Shown: piece after piece, positions 8,086-20,266 of the stretch
Layout of the letters: each line of letters opens with the position of its first letter
Position numbering within the stretch: the stretch's first letter is position 1
Origin: Sorangium cellulosum So ce56
GTDB lineage: Bacteria > Myxococcota_A > Polyangia > Polyangiales > Polyangiaceae
Length of the DNA: 32,000 bases
Direction of reading: 5' to 3'
Assembly (NCBI RefSeq): GCF_000067165.1
Contig: NC_010162.1
Span: 8,234,212 to 8,266,211 of the forward strand
Notes under the pieces: model-generated
The model's database searches: none
Told to the model about the DNA's origin: nothing
The model's input: only the letters and a program-made list of their open reading frames with translations
Program-made: the position numbers and the translations under genes

Positions 8086-9570
8086 TCAGCGCGCGGAGAT
8101 CGGCACGGCCGCGAACTGGACGAGCTTCCCGCGCCGCACCTTGAGGAGGGCGACGGACCCGTCCTTGAGCTTGGCGATGGCCGCCCGGAGCCCGGCGACG
8201 TCCTTCACCGGGGCGCCGTTCACCTCGAGGATCACGTCGCCCACCTCGATCTCCTGGACCTTGCTGCCCGAGGCGAACCCGTCGACCCGCACGCCGCCGC
8301 CCGGGGCCTCGGAGACCTGGATGCCGAGCTTCTCGGCGCTCAGCTGGCGCTCGGGCCGGGCGCCCTGGCTCGGCCGCGCGCGGCTCGCCGCGTCGCCTTC
8401 CTCGTCCTGGAGCGCGTCCAGCTTGGCCACGACCTGTTGCTGCTTCTGGGCGCGCACCAGCGTCACCGCGATCTCCGAGCCGGGCGCGTTGCGCGCCACG
8501 TTGCGCCGCAGCTCCTCGGCGTGGTGGATGGGGACGCCGTTCACGTTCACGATCACGTCGCCCGGCTTGATGCCGGCGCGCGCGGCCGCGCCGCCCGGCT
8601 CGACCTCGGCGACGAGCGCGCCCCGAGGCCCGTCGAGCTGGAGCGCCGCGGCGAGATCGCGCGTGACGGGCTGGAACAGGAGGCCGAGCTTGCCGCGCTC
8701 GACGAAGCCCTTCTCGCGGAGCTGCGGGAGCACGTCCTTCAGCGCGTCGATCGGGATCGCGAAGCCGATCCCGTTCGCGCCCGCCCGGATCGCGGTGTTG
8801 ATGCCCACGACCTCGCCCCGCCAGTTGAACAGCGGGCCGCCGCTGTTGCCCGGGTTGATCGACGCGTCGGTCTGGATGAAGTCGTCGTACGGCCCCGCGC
8901 CGATCGCGCGCGCCTTCGCGCTGACGATGCCGAGCGTGACCGTGTGGCCGAGCCCGAAGGGGTTGCCGACCGCGAGCACGTGCTCGCCGACCCGCAGCTG
9001 CTCGCTCGCCCCGAGCGGCGCCACAGGCAGGCCGGTCGCGCCCTTCAGGCGGAGGAGCGCGAGATCGAGCTTGGGATCGCGGCCGACGACCTCGGCCTCG
9101 AACTCCCGCTCGTCGGCGAGCCGCACGCGGACGCCGGACGCGTCGTGGATGACGTGCTCGTTCGTCACGACGTAGCCGCTCGGGTCGATGATGAAGCCGG
9201 TCCCGAGCGCCGTCTGCGTCGGCTGCTGGCCCCGCGGGTTGAGCCGTCCGCCGCCTTGCGGACCGAAGAAGAACTGGAAGGGGTCGAGCCCTTCGGACCC
9301 CTTGACCTCATGCGTCGTCGTGATGTTGACGACCATCGGCTTGACCCGCTCCGACAGGGCGGCGACATCGAAGGTGGCCGGCACCGGCGCCGTCGTCGGC
9401 GGGAGCGTCACGGTCGCGACCGGCGGCGCCGCGGCCTGCGGCGAGGCGGCGGCCTGGGTGGAAGGAGGCGTGGCGTGGGCCTGTTGACCGCAACCGCCGA
9501 TGGCCATCGCCGCCGCCGTGAGCAGCGCGAGGGCCGAAGCGCGAGGGCGAGAGGAAACCGCTTGAATCAT
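8086..9570 (-). CDS. htrA: HtrA/DegP/DegQ-family periplasmic serine protease with two PDZ domains
   Basis: Track ORF 8086..9675. Start set at ATG 9570 (MIQAVSSRPRASALALLTAAAMAIGGCGQ...), which follows GGAG by 6 nt. The catalytic triad contexts are TNEHV (His), DLALLRL (Asp) and GNSGGPL (Ser). Two PDZ-like segments follow (GALVAEVEPGGAAARAGIKPGDVI and GVRVDGFASGSKVQEIEVGDVILEVNG). The signal peptide has a possible lipobox, IGGC. Confidence 0.9.
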   Translation of the reverse strand: MIQAVSSRPRASALALLTAAAMAIGGCGQQAHATPPSTQAAASPQAAAPPVATVTLPPTTAPVPATFDVAALSERVKPMVVNITTTHEVKGSEGLDPFQFFFGPQGGGRLNPRGQQPTQTALGTGFIIDPSGYVVTNEHVIHDASGVRVRLADEREFEAEVVGRDPKLDLALLRLKGATGLPVAPLGASEQLRVGEHVLAVGNPFGLGHTVTLGIVSAKARAIGAGPYDDFIQTDASINPGNSGGPLFNWRGEVVGINTAIRAGANGIGFAIPIDALKDVLPQLREKGFVERGKLGLLFQPVTRDLAAALQLDGPRGALVAEVEPGGAAARAGIKPGDVIVNVNGVPIHHAEELRRNVARNAPGSEIAVTLVRAQKQQQVVAKLDALQDEEGDAASRARPSQGARPERQLSAEKLGIQVSEAPGGGVRVDGFASGSKVQEIEVGDVILEVNGAPVKDVAGLRAAIAKLKDGSVALLKVRRGKLVQFAAVPISAR

Positions 9571-9734
9571 GAAATCTCCGTCGGGCAGTCGAAGGGTCCC
9601 GTCTTGCCATCGACGAACATGGGACCGACTGCGTTCATTCCGCCGCACCAATAACGCCGCAGCCTCGGCTGACAAGAGCGCTCTCCTCGGTCCGCGCGAG
9701 CGGGCGCCGCGCCTGCCTGCCCGTCCATGGCGGG

Positions 9735-9761
9735 ACGCGCGGCACGCGCGGCACGCGCGAC
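9735..9761. repeat. 3 x 9-bp tandem repeat (ACGCGCGGC) in the htrA/proC divergent intergenic region
   Basis: acgcgcggc at 9735-9743, acgcgcggc at 9744-9752, acgcgcgac at 9753-9761, then a decayed copy acgcagccg. Confidence 0.7.
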
Positions 9762-9844
9762 ACGCAGCCGCGCGGCGGCGTCCGTCGAGATTTGAGCCGC
9801 GCGCTCGGCAAGGCTGCTAGGGTGCGCGCTCCTGGAGGCGAGCG

Positions 9845-10702
9845 ATGGCGAGCGATGAGGGTCTGCTGCGAGGGCGCAAGATCGGGTTTCTTGGCGGCGG
9901 AAACATGGCCGAGGCGCTCATCCGCGGCCTCGTCCAGGGGGGCGCCGTGGGCGCGGAGCAGATCCGCGCGAGCGATCTCAAGAGCGAGCGGCTCTCCTTT
10001 CTCCGCGGGCGCTACGGCATCGAGACCACCGAGGACAACGAGGCGCTCTGCCAGTGGGCCGACGTCCTCGTCATCGCCGTCAAGCCGCAGATCGTCGATC
10101 GCATCCTCGCCCCCATCTCGTCGGGGCTCGGCCGCTCGGACGTCGTGATCTCGGTGGCGGCCGGCGTGCCGATCGACGCCATCGAGGCGCGCCTGCCCGA
10201 GGGAGCGCGCGTCATCCGCAGCATGCCGAACACCGCGGCGATCGCGCTCGCCGGCGCCACGGCGATCGCCGCCGGCAGCCACGCCACGAGCGAGGACGTC
10301 GAGATCGCGCGGACCCTGTTCCAGGCGGTCGGCCGCGTCGTCGTGCTCGACGAGTCGCTGCTCGACGCGGTGACCGGCCTGTCGGGCAGCGGCCCCGCCT
10401 ACGTCATGCTGATGATCGAGGCGCTCGCGGACGGCGGCGTGAAGGTCGGCCTCGGCCGGGACGCGGCGCTGCTGCTCGCGGCGCAGACGGTGTACGGCGC
10501 CGCCAAGCTCCAGCTCGAGACCGGCGAGCACCCCGGCCGCCTGAAGGACATGGTGACGAGCCCCGGCGGCACGGCCATCGCGGGGCTCCACACGCTGGAG
10601 GCAGGCGGCCTCCGCCGCACCTTGATCGACGCGGTCGAGGCGGCGTCCAACCGCTCGGCCGAGCTTGGCGCCCAGATGGCGCAGAAGCTCCGCCGCACCT
10701 GA
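9845..10702 (+). CDS. proC: Pyrroline-5-carboxylate reductase
   Basis: 285 aa. It has the Rossmann motif IGFLGGGNMAEALI and the C-terminal signature VTSPGGTAIAGL. GGAGG lies 6 nt upstream of the ATG. Confidence 0.92.
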   Translation: MASDEGLLRGRKIGFLGGGNMAEALIRGLVQGGAVGAEQIRASDLKSERLSFLRGRYGIETTEDNEALCQWADVLVIAVKPQIVDRILAPISSGLGRSDVVISVAAGVPIDAIEARLPEGARVIRSMPNTAAIALAGATAIAAGSHATSEDVEIARTLFQAVGRVVVLDESLLDAVTGLSGSGPAYVMLMIEALADGGVKVGLGRDAALLLAAQTVYGAAKLQLETGEHPGRLKDMVTSPGGTAIAGLHTLEAGGLRRTLIDAVEAASNRSAELGAQMAQKLRRT

Positions 10703-10728
10703 ACCTGACGAGGAGCGGCGCTGTCCCC

Positions 10729-10784
10729 GAGCGCTGAACACGAGCGCTGAACACGAGCGCTGACCACGAGCGCTGACCACGAGC
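10729..10784. repeat. 4.3 x 13-bp perfect-phase tandem repeat (GAGCGCTGA[A/C]CAC) between proC and rnpB
   Basis: Units at 10729-41 and 10742-54 read gagcgctgaacac. Units at 10755-67 and 10768-80 read gagcgctgaccac. A partial gagc follows. Each unit carries the palindrome AGCGCT. Confidence 0.95.
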
Positions 10785-10930
10785 AGGAGAGCAGCTGCGC
10801 CACGCGCGGTGTCACCGCCGGAGCTTGTCCTTGAACGTACAGGGCACGACGCTCCATGGCCTGCAGTCGCGCAGCCCGTTCTCCGACCTCAGGTGTTGGC
10901 GTTCGGCCGGCTCTTGACTATGTTCGCCGC

Positions 10931-11398
10931 GTCGCAGCGGGACAGGCGATCGCCGGCGGACGGGGAAACCCGGCCGCGGGAGGAAAGTCCGAGCTCCGCA
11001 GGGCAGGGTGCCGGGTAACGCCCGGTGAGAGCGATCTCGAGGAAAGTGCAACAGAGAACAGACCGCCGCGCCGCGCGCTTCGCAAGGGCAACGAGCCTCC
11101 AGCCCGGATGGGCTGGGCTCCGAGCCTCCGCTGGCTCGCCGCGCGGCAAGGGTGAAACGGCGGGGTAAGAGCCCACCGCGCCCTTGGCAACAAGGGCGGC
11201 ACGGCAAACCCCACCTGGAGCAAGGCCGCGTAGGGAGGCGTCTGCGACGGCGACAGCCGCCGCGGCAAGGGCTGCCCGCCCCAGGCCTCCGGGTTGGCTG
11301 CTTGAGGCGCGTGGCGACGCGCGTCCTAGAGGAATGATCGCCGGCGCGAGGGGGGCGACTCCCCGCGCAACAGAACTCGGCTTACGTCTCCTGCGACC
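10931..11398 (+). ncRNA. rnpB: RNase P RNA, bacterial type A
   Basis: Universal core blocks are present in order: GAGGAAAGTCCGAGCTCCGCAGGGCAGGGTGCCGGGTAACGCCCGG (10978-), GGAAAGTGCAACAGAGAACAGACCGCC, GGGTGAAACGGCGGGGTAAGAGCCCACCGCG, GGCAAACCCCACCTGGAGCAAGGCC, GGGTTGGCTGCTTGAGG and CAACAGAACTCGGCTTAC (11369-). P1 pairs gtcgcagcgggac (10931-) with gtctcctgcgac (-11397). P2 pairs ggcgatc with gatcgcc. The ends are good to about +/-5 nt. Confidence 0.9.
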
Positions 11399-11400
11399 AC

Positions 11401-11436
11401 GAAGCTCCGCCCCGGCGGGGCTTCGTGCTTTTGTGC
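11401..11436 (+). terminator. Rho-independent terminator downstream of rnpB
   Basis: gaagctccgc-cccg-gcggggcttc forms a 10-bp stem (one G-U pair) with a 4-nt loop at 11401-11424. It is followed by gtgcttttgtgc. It starts 2-3 nt after the predicted 3' end of RNase P RNA. Confidence 0.55.
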
Positions 11437-11464
11437 TCGCCTGCCGCTCACCTGTGGCAAGTCG

Positions 11465-12316
11465 CTACGCTGCCAGCGGCTGGAGGCGGTCGCGCAGCTT
11501 CTTCTTGGCGCGCGCCTCGAGCTGCCGGGCCCGCTCGCGCGACACGCCCAGGCGACGCCCGATCTCGGCGAGCGACAGCTCCTCCTCGGGATCCGCCATC
11601 ATCCGGGTCTCGACGATGTACCGCTCGCGCGGGTCGAGGTTCTCCACCGCCTGCGTCAGCCGCTCCCGGAGCAGGGCCCCCTCCTCGGCGCGCGAGAAGC
11701 GCTCCTCCTGGTCCTGATCGTCCGCGGGCAGCGTGTCGACCAGCGACCGGGCGCCGTCCTCGAACACCTTCGTGTCGAGCGAGACGTCCCGGGCCTCCAG
11801 CCGGTGAGCCATCTCCAGCACCTTCTCCGCGGGCGCGCCGAACTTCTCGGCGAGCAGCCGATCCCCCTCCTCCCCCTCGCCCACGAGGCCCGCGATGCGC
11901 GCCCGCTCTCGCCGCAACCGGAAGAACATCTTCGAGCGGAGCGGGCCCGAGCCCACGCCGACCAGGCTCCAGGAGTGGATGACGTGGTTCAGGATGTACG
12001 CCCGGATCCAGTAGGCCGCGTAGGTCACGAAGCGGTTTCCGCGGTCCGGGTCGTACTTGCGGATCGCGTGGACGATCCCGAAGTTCCCCTCGGCGATGAG
12101 GTCGGCGAGCGGGATCCCGTAACGCCGGTAGCTGATCGCTATCGAGACAACATGCCTCAGGTTTGCGAGCGCGAGCGCGGCTGCGGCCTGCTCGTCGCCG
12201 TGGTCCCGCCACCGTCGAGCGAGCTCGACTTCTTCCTCGCGCGACAGCTCCGGGATCTGCCGAACATGCGTGATGTAGCGCGAAACCGCGCTGGCCTGAT
12301 CTCGGGACGTTTGCAC
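11465..12316 (-). CDS. RNA polymerase sigma factor, sigma-70 family, RpoH (sigma-32)-like
   Basis: Track ORF 11465..12487. Start set at GTG 12316 (VQTSRDQASAVSRYITHVRQIPELS...), preceded by GAAGGAAA, giving 283 aa. Region 2 is DLIAEGNFGIVHAIRKYDPDRGNRFVTYAAYWIRAYI. LRSKMFFRLRRE resembles the RpoH box Q(R/K)(K/R)LFFNLR. The region 4 helix-turn-helix is LSLAEIGRRLGVSRERARQLEARAKKKL. Confidence 0.88.
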   Translation of the reverse strand: MQTSRDQASAVSRYITHVRQIPELSREEEVELARRWRDHGDEQAAAALALANLRHVVSIAISYRRYGIPLADLIAEGNFGIVHAIRKYDPDRGNRFVTYAAYWIRAYILNHVIHSWSLVGVGSGPLRSKMFFRLRRERARIAGLVGEGEEGDRLLAEKFGAPAEKVLEMAHRLEARDVSLDTKVFEDGARSLVDTLPADDQDQEERFSRAEEGALLRERLTQAVENLDPRERYIVETRMMADPEEELSLAEIGRRLGVSRERARQLEARAKKKLRDRLQPLAA

Positions 12317-12745
12317 AGGGTTTCCTTCGAGGTCCGAAGACCCCGGTTCGATTGGTGAGGCCGGCCGACGCCGGACCCCGTCTCCTGCTGTCGAGGTCGG
12401 CCGGGGCCGGGCCTCGATCGCGTTGATCGCTCCGCCGGCACTTGCCGCCGGAGTGGTTGGTTCGAGATTCCGAAGAGAGCAGCCCACCCAGGCTGCGATG
12501 CAGCTGGCATGCCGCCCCGGGCGGGCAGCTTGTACACCATGGCTGCGAAGCGCTGGCGCACGCGCCTCAGGCGCGCCCGAGCGAGGGACGAGCCAAACCG
12601 AAGGCGCTAGAGAGCCAGGAAGGCCGCGATGCTCCGGGCAGACGCGCTCACGCGGCCCGTGTGCATCTCGCGTAGGCCGCTCGGGGGACGAGCGGCGCGA
12701 GCCAGAACGGAAGCGACGCCCGCGAAGAGGGCGAGCGCCCGATCC

Positions 12746-12772
12746 GACGGAACTGACGGAACTGACGGAATC
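12746..12772. repeat. 3 x 9-bp tandem repeat (GACGGAAC/TC) just 3' of the Fe-S carrier gene
   Basis: gacggaact at 12746-54, gacggaact at 12755-63, gacggaatc at 12764-72. Further GACGGA copies start at 12774 and 12785, the last lying inside the CDS end. Confidence 0.7.
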
Positions 12773-12781
12773 GGACGGAGA

Positions 12782-13105
<324 letters not shown>

Positions 13106-13500
13106 CCTGGAATCTCCTCTGCGTGCTTTGTCGGCGGGGGACGGCAGGTCCTGTCTCTGACGGGGCGCTCGCCCCGCCGGAAGGCGAACCGTGCGGTGAG
13201 CCCGGCCGGCCGTGCCCTGGGGTGGGGTGCTCAGGGCTCGCCAAAGATACGCACCTTCAGCGATGTCCGCCAGTGCCTCAGCCGGAGCCGCGTCAGGCGG
13301 CGCCCTGGCCGCCCCTTCGTCCAGGGATGACCGCCAGCGCGCCGTTCGCCCCGCGCGCCCAGCCGCCAGTGCGCGCCCAGACGCGTCCACCCGGCCGCTC
13401 ATCCAGCAGCATGGCACTGCGTCCACGGATGAGCCCGCGGCAGGGACCGCCGCCATCGCCCGCTCGCAGGCGACGCTTGACGCCGGCAGGCAGGCCCGGC

Positions 13501-13534
13501 AGATTACAATCCGTTAATCCGGATTGATAGATTA
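13501..13534 (+). promoter_or_regulatory. AT-rich promoter/operator candidate immediately upstream of metH
   Basis: The sequence is agattacaatccgttaatccggattgatagatta. Candidate -35 TTACAA (13504-09), 18-nt spacer, -10 TAGATT (13528-33). The spacer holds the perfect palindrome AATCCGGATT (13516-25), which overlaps the arms of the inverted repeat CAATCCG(13507-13)/CGGATTG(13520-26), flanked by direct AGATTA copies (13501-06 and 13529-34). Confidence 0.3.
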
Positions 13535-13537
13535 AAT

Positions 13538-17317
<3,780 letters not shown>

Positions 17318-17434
17318 CGACGGGTGGAAGCGGCGATGAGCCCAAGGGCGCACGTCCCAGCCCAGGGACGGCGTCCGAGCGCGGCAGCGATCCAAAGCGG
17401 CCCGGGCGACGAACGTTGTGATAACAAGCTCCCC

Positions 17435-18241
17435 ATGTCCGAAGCCGACTGGTTTGCGCTGAACCGCGCCGCCTGGAACGCGCGCACCCGCGTGCACGTG
17501 GCCTCGAAATTCTACGATCTGGACTCGTTCCGGGCCGGCGCGAGCTCTCTCAAGCCGATCGAGCTCGAGCAGGTCGGCGATGTGCGCGGAAAGACGCTCC
17601 TCCACCTGCAATGCCATTTCGGGCAGGACACGCTCTCCTGGGCGCGGCTGGGCGCCCGCGTCACCGGGCTGGACCTCTCCGACGAGGCCATCACGGCGGC
17701 GCGCGGGCTGGCGAAGGAGCTCTCGGTGGACGCGCGCTTCGTCGAGGCCAACGTCTACGACGCCCCCGCGGCCCTCGGCGGCGAGACGTTCGATATCGTC
17801 TTCACCTCGTACGGCGTCCTCGGGTGGCTCCCGGACATGACGCGCTGGGCGCGCGCGGCCGCGGCGTGCCTGAAGCCCGGGGGCGTCCTGCACCTCGTCG
17901 AGTTCCACCCTGTCGTGTGGACCTTCGACAATGCATTCGAGCAGATCGCCTATGCCTACGATGGACACGGGGAGCCGATCGTCACCGAGGAGACAGGCAC
18001 GTACGCCGACAGGAGCGCGCCCGTGGTGCTGAAGGAGGTCGGCTTCAACCACGGGATCGGGACGGTGGTGTCGGCGCTCCTCGACGCGGGCCTCACGCTG
18101 GAGCGCCTGCGCGAGCTCGACTGGTCGCCCTACGACATCTTTCCGGACATGGTGGAAGGACCGCCAGGGCAGTTCCGCATGAAGAAGTTCGAGCGCCGAC
18201 TGCCGCTCGTCTATGCGCTCGCGGCGCGGCGGCGCCCCTGA
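17435..18241 (+). CDS. Class I SAM-dependent methyltransferase
   Basis: Track ORF 17324..18241, trimmed to ATG 17435 (MSEADWFALNRAAWNART...). Motif I variant is LLHLQCHFGQDTLSWARLGARVTGLDLS, with post-I acidic FDIVFTSYGVL and LKPGGVL. The substrate is unknown. Confidence 0.8.
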   Translation: MSEADWFALNRAAWNARTRVHVASKFYDLDSFRAGASSLKPIELEQVGDVRGKTLLHLQCHFGQDTLSWARLGARVTGLDLSDEAITAARGLAKELSVDARFVEANVYDAPAALGGETFDIVFTSYGVLGWLPDMTRWARAAAACLKPGGVLHLVEFHPVVWTFDNAFEQIAYAYDGHGEPIVTEETGTYADRSAPVVLKEVGFNHGIGTVVSALLDAGLTLERLRELDWSPYDIFPDMVEGPPGQFRMKKFERRLPLVYALAARRRP

Positions 18242-18286
18242 GCCCGTAGCGCACGACGCTGCGCCCCGCTCGAAGAGCGGCCGCCT

Positions 18287-18991
18287 TCAGGCGGCGATCG
18301 CGTTCAGCGGGCTCGTCCGGCCGAGGCCGCCGTAGAGGTCCTGGACGCGGCCGAGCCACACGAGGAGGGGATCGTCGGCTTTGAGGAAGGGGGCGGTGGC
18401 GATCGACCCCACCCAGAGCAGCAAGCCCGCGACGATGTAGTCCGCATAGCCAGGGTTCGCCCCCGCGAGGAACGGCGCACCGCCCTTGAGCGTGAGCCGG
18501 ACCGAATCGAAGCCGGCTCGCGCCGCGTCGAGCCGCTCCGCGCGCCCGCTGGCCAGCTCCTCCAGCGTGGAGCCGAGCAGCTTCTCCCGGGTCTGCCGGA
18601 AGTAGGCGCGATCTCGCTCGTGGGCGTGGTCGTGGATGTCCTTCACATAACCCATCAGAAGCGACCTGCCGGCGCTCACGAACAGGCTGGCCTCGACGAA
18701 GCGACAGAGCTCGCGCTCGGCCGGCGAGGCGAAGAGGGGTGGCCGGTCGGGATACGCCTTGTCGAGGTGGTCCGCGATCGCCCAGGAGTCGGAGACGGTC
18801 TTTCCGCCATCGTCGATGATCGGCACGGTCTTGTGCGCGCCGCCCTCGATCGCGGGGATGTCCGTGAGCCCGATCGGCACGGTGTCGAACGGGAGGCCCT
18901 TGTGGGCCAGCGCGTACTTGATCCGCCAGCAGAAGGGGCTCGGCCGGCGGTCGTCCCGCACCTGGAGATCGTAGAGTCGGATCGCTGTCAT
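18287..18991 (-). CDS. Glutathione S-transferase family protein
   Basis: Track ORF 18287..19090. Start at ATG 18991 (MTAIRLYDLQ...) or ATG 19003 (MAAAMTAI...). The N-terminal thioredoxin-like GST fold (PFCWRIKYALAHKGLPFDTV ... VPIIDDGGKTVSDSWAIADHLDKAYP) is followed by a helical C-domain. Confidence 0.8.
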   Translation of the reverse strand: MTAIRLYDLQVRDDRRPSPFCWRIKYALAHKGLPFDTVPIGLTDIPAIEGGAHKTVPIIDDGGKTVSDSWAIADHLDKAYPDRPPLFASPAERELCRFVEASLFVSAGRSLLMGYVKDIHDHAHERDRAYFRQTREKLLGSTLEELASGRAERLDAARAGFDSVRLTLKGGAPFLAGANPGYADYIVAGLLLWVGSIATAPFLKADDPLLVWLGRVQDLYGGLGRTSPLNAIAA

Positions 18992-19072
18992 GGCGGCGGC
19001 CATCTTCCGGTCGAGCTGCGCGCCGCGGCAAGCCCCTCGCACGGTCAGGGCGCCGTCGCTCCCCCGGCAGCG

Positions 19073-19102
19073 GCCGTCACTTGCCGTCACTTGCCGTCAT
19101 TT
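19073..19102. repeat. 3 x 10-bp tandem repeat (GCCGTCA[C/T]TT) spanning the stop codon of the DUF3025-like gene
   Basis: gccgtcactt at 19073-82, gccgtcactt at 19083-92, gccgtcattt at 19093-102. The TGA stop (complement of 19097-99) lies in the third unit. Confidence 0.8.
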
Positions 19103-19957
19103 GCACAGGACCCGCTCGTCCAGCGGGAGGCGCGGGCTGCGCTCCGGGCGCGCGAAGCTGTCGGGCGACCGCAGCACGTCGCCGAGGCGCGCGTCGGCCA
19201 GCGCCACGAGCGCGGCAGGCGCGGCGGGCAGCGGGCCGTCGCACGGGATGGGCTGCACCATCGCGTAGACCGTCGGTCCGCGCTGGAGGAGGCTCTCGTA
19301 CAGCGCGTGGCCGAAGACGAGCGCCGCGGCCTCGCCCCGCTGCACGGCGTCCCGCACCTCGCCGGCGCAGCGCTCCAGATCGGAGGCATCGCCGAGGAGG
19401 GGCGCCTCGCCCGCGTTGTTGTAGAGCAGCAGGAGCCCGCCCTCGTCGAGGAGCGCGAGCCCGTCCAGCTCGCGCGTGCGCGCCGGAGGGAGCGCCTCCG
19501 CGCCTGGATGGAGGCGCGCGGCGATCGCCCGGTGCTGGCGCGCGTGGAGCTCCGCCTTGGCGCGCGGGAAGGCGCCCCACACCAGCATGTTGAGGAAGTC
19601 GTGCCAGTTCCTCGGACGCGTCGGCACGCAGCCCTCGACGTGGATGCGCGCGTCGTAGAGCGCCGAGGGGTCGACGGGCCCGCGCCGCCCGCGCCGGCGA
19701 GGCCGCGGCTTTTGCTCCGCAAAACGCACGGGGAACCCCTCGCCGAGCGCCCGGTTGTAGTCCTCGACCGGCGGCCAGCCGGCGCACCCCGCGAACGCCT
19801 CGGCCAGGGGGCGGATGGGCCAGTAGAGCCGGCTCTTCTCGTGGAAGAGCGGCTCCCAGGGAACGGGGGTGCTCCCTGGCGCGCCGCTCGGGTGCGGCGC
19901 AGCTCGGCCGGCGGCGCTCACGCGGCGCAGCGTAGGAGCAGCGCGGCGAGAGCTCAA
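19097..19957 (-). CDS. DUF3025-like conserved hypothetical protein
   Basis: 286 aa. The central block TRPRNWHDFLNMLVWGAFPRAKAELHARQ resembles the DUF3025 signature as I remember it. The family call needs an HMM search and the start codon is uncertain. Good GC3 supports coding. Confidence 0.55.
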   Translation of the reverse strand: MSSRRAAPTLRRVSAAGRAAPHPSGAPGSTPVPWEPLFHEKSRLYWPIRPLAEAFAGCAGWPPVEDYNRALGEGFPVRFAEQKPRPRRRGRRGPVDPSALYDARIHVEGCVPTRPRNWHDFLNMLVWGAFPRAKAELHARQHRAIAARLHPGAEALPPARTRELDGLALLDEGGLLLLYNNAGEAPLLGDASDLERCAGEVRDAVQRGEAAALVFGHALYESLLQRGPTVYAMVQPIPCDGPLPAAPAALVALADARLGDVLRSPDSFARPERSPRLPLDERVLCK

Positions 19958-20266
19958 GCCGCGCGCAAGGCGGCGCCGGGGCGCGCGGATCGCGAGGCGG
20001 CGGCCACACGCCGGGACCAGGGCCGCCGGCCCGCCCGGCAGGCCCGCAGTCGACCGAGCGCACAGAGCGGGCCAGCAAGGCGCCGGTATCCCGAGACTCC
20101 CTGTTTCAACTCACCCAGCTTCCCTGGATATCCATGCTCGCCCTCATGCAGCCATCACGCAACGAGAGATCGCGCCAAGCCTGGAGTGATGGCCGTTCGC
20201 CAAGGACGTCGCCGCAGCGGATCCGCCCCCACGCCCGCCGCCCGCGTGTCATCCTGAGATAACGAG

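Noticed and set aside
5349-8144. 931-aa (+) and 760-aa (-) ORFs (5349..8144 and 5719..8001) spanning the pfk and membrane-protein genes.
   Set aside because: They cross two well-supported genes on opposite strands. Their composition is Arg/Gly/Asp/His-rich nonsense, the typical high-GC open-frame artefact.
10729-10784. Possibility that the 13-bp tandem array, or the other 9-15-bp arrays at 9735, 12746, 19073 and 26271, is a CRISPR locus.
   Set aside because: The units are directly abutting with no spacers and are far shorter than CRISPR repeats. No cas genes are in the window.
10914-10919. TTGACT as the -35 element of the rnpB promoter.
   Set aside because: It lies only 12 nt before the predicted P1 helix, with no -10-like hexamer at proper spacing. 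A transcript from it would start inside the mature RNA.
12459-12471. GGTTCGAGATTCC, which resembles a tRNA T-loop.
   Set aside because: The flanking bases cannot form a T-stem, and there is no acceptor, anticodon or D-arm geometry around it.
13106-13500. A cobalamin, SAM or SAH riboswitch in the 430-bp erpA-like/metH intergenic region.
   Set aside because: I could not find a B12-box-like core or any conserved riboswitch motif on either strand. B12-dependent MetH is not the usual target of cobalamin riboswitches. A covariance-model scan would be the decisive check.
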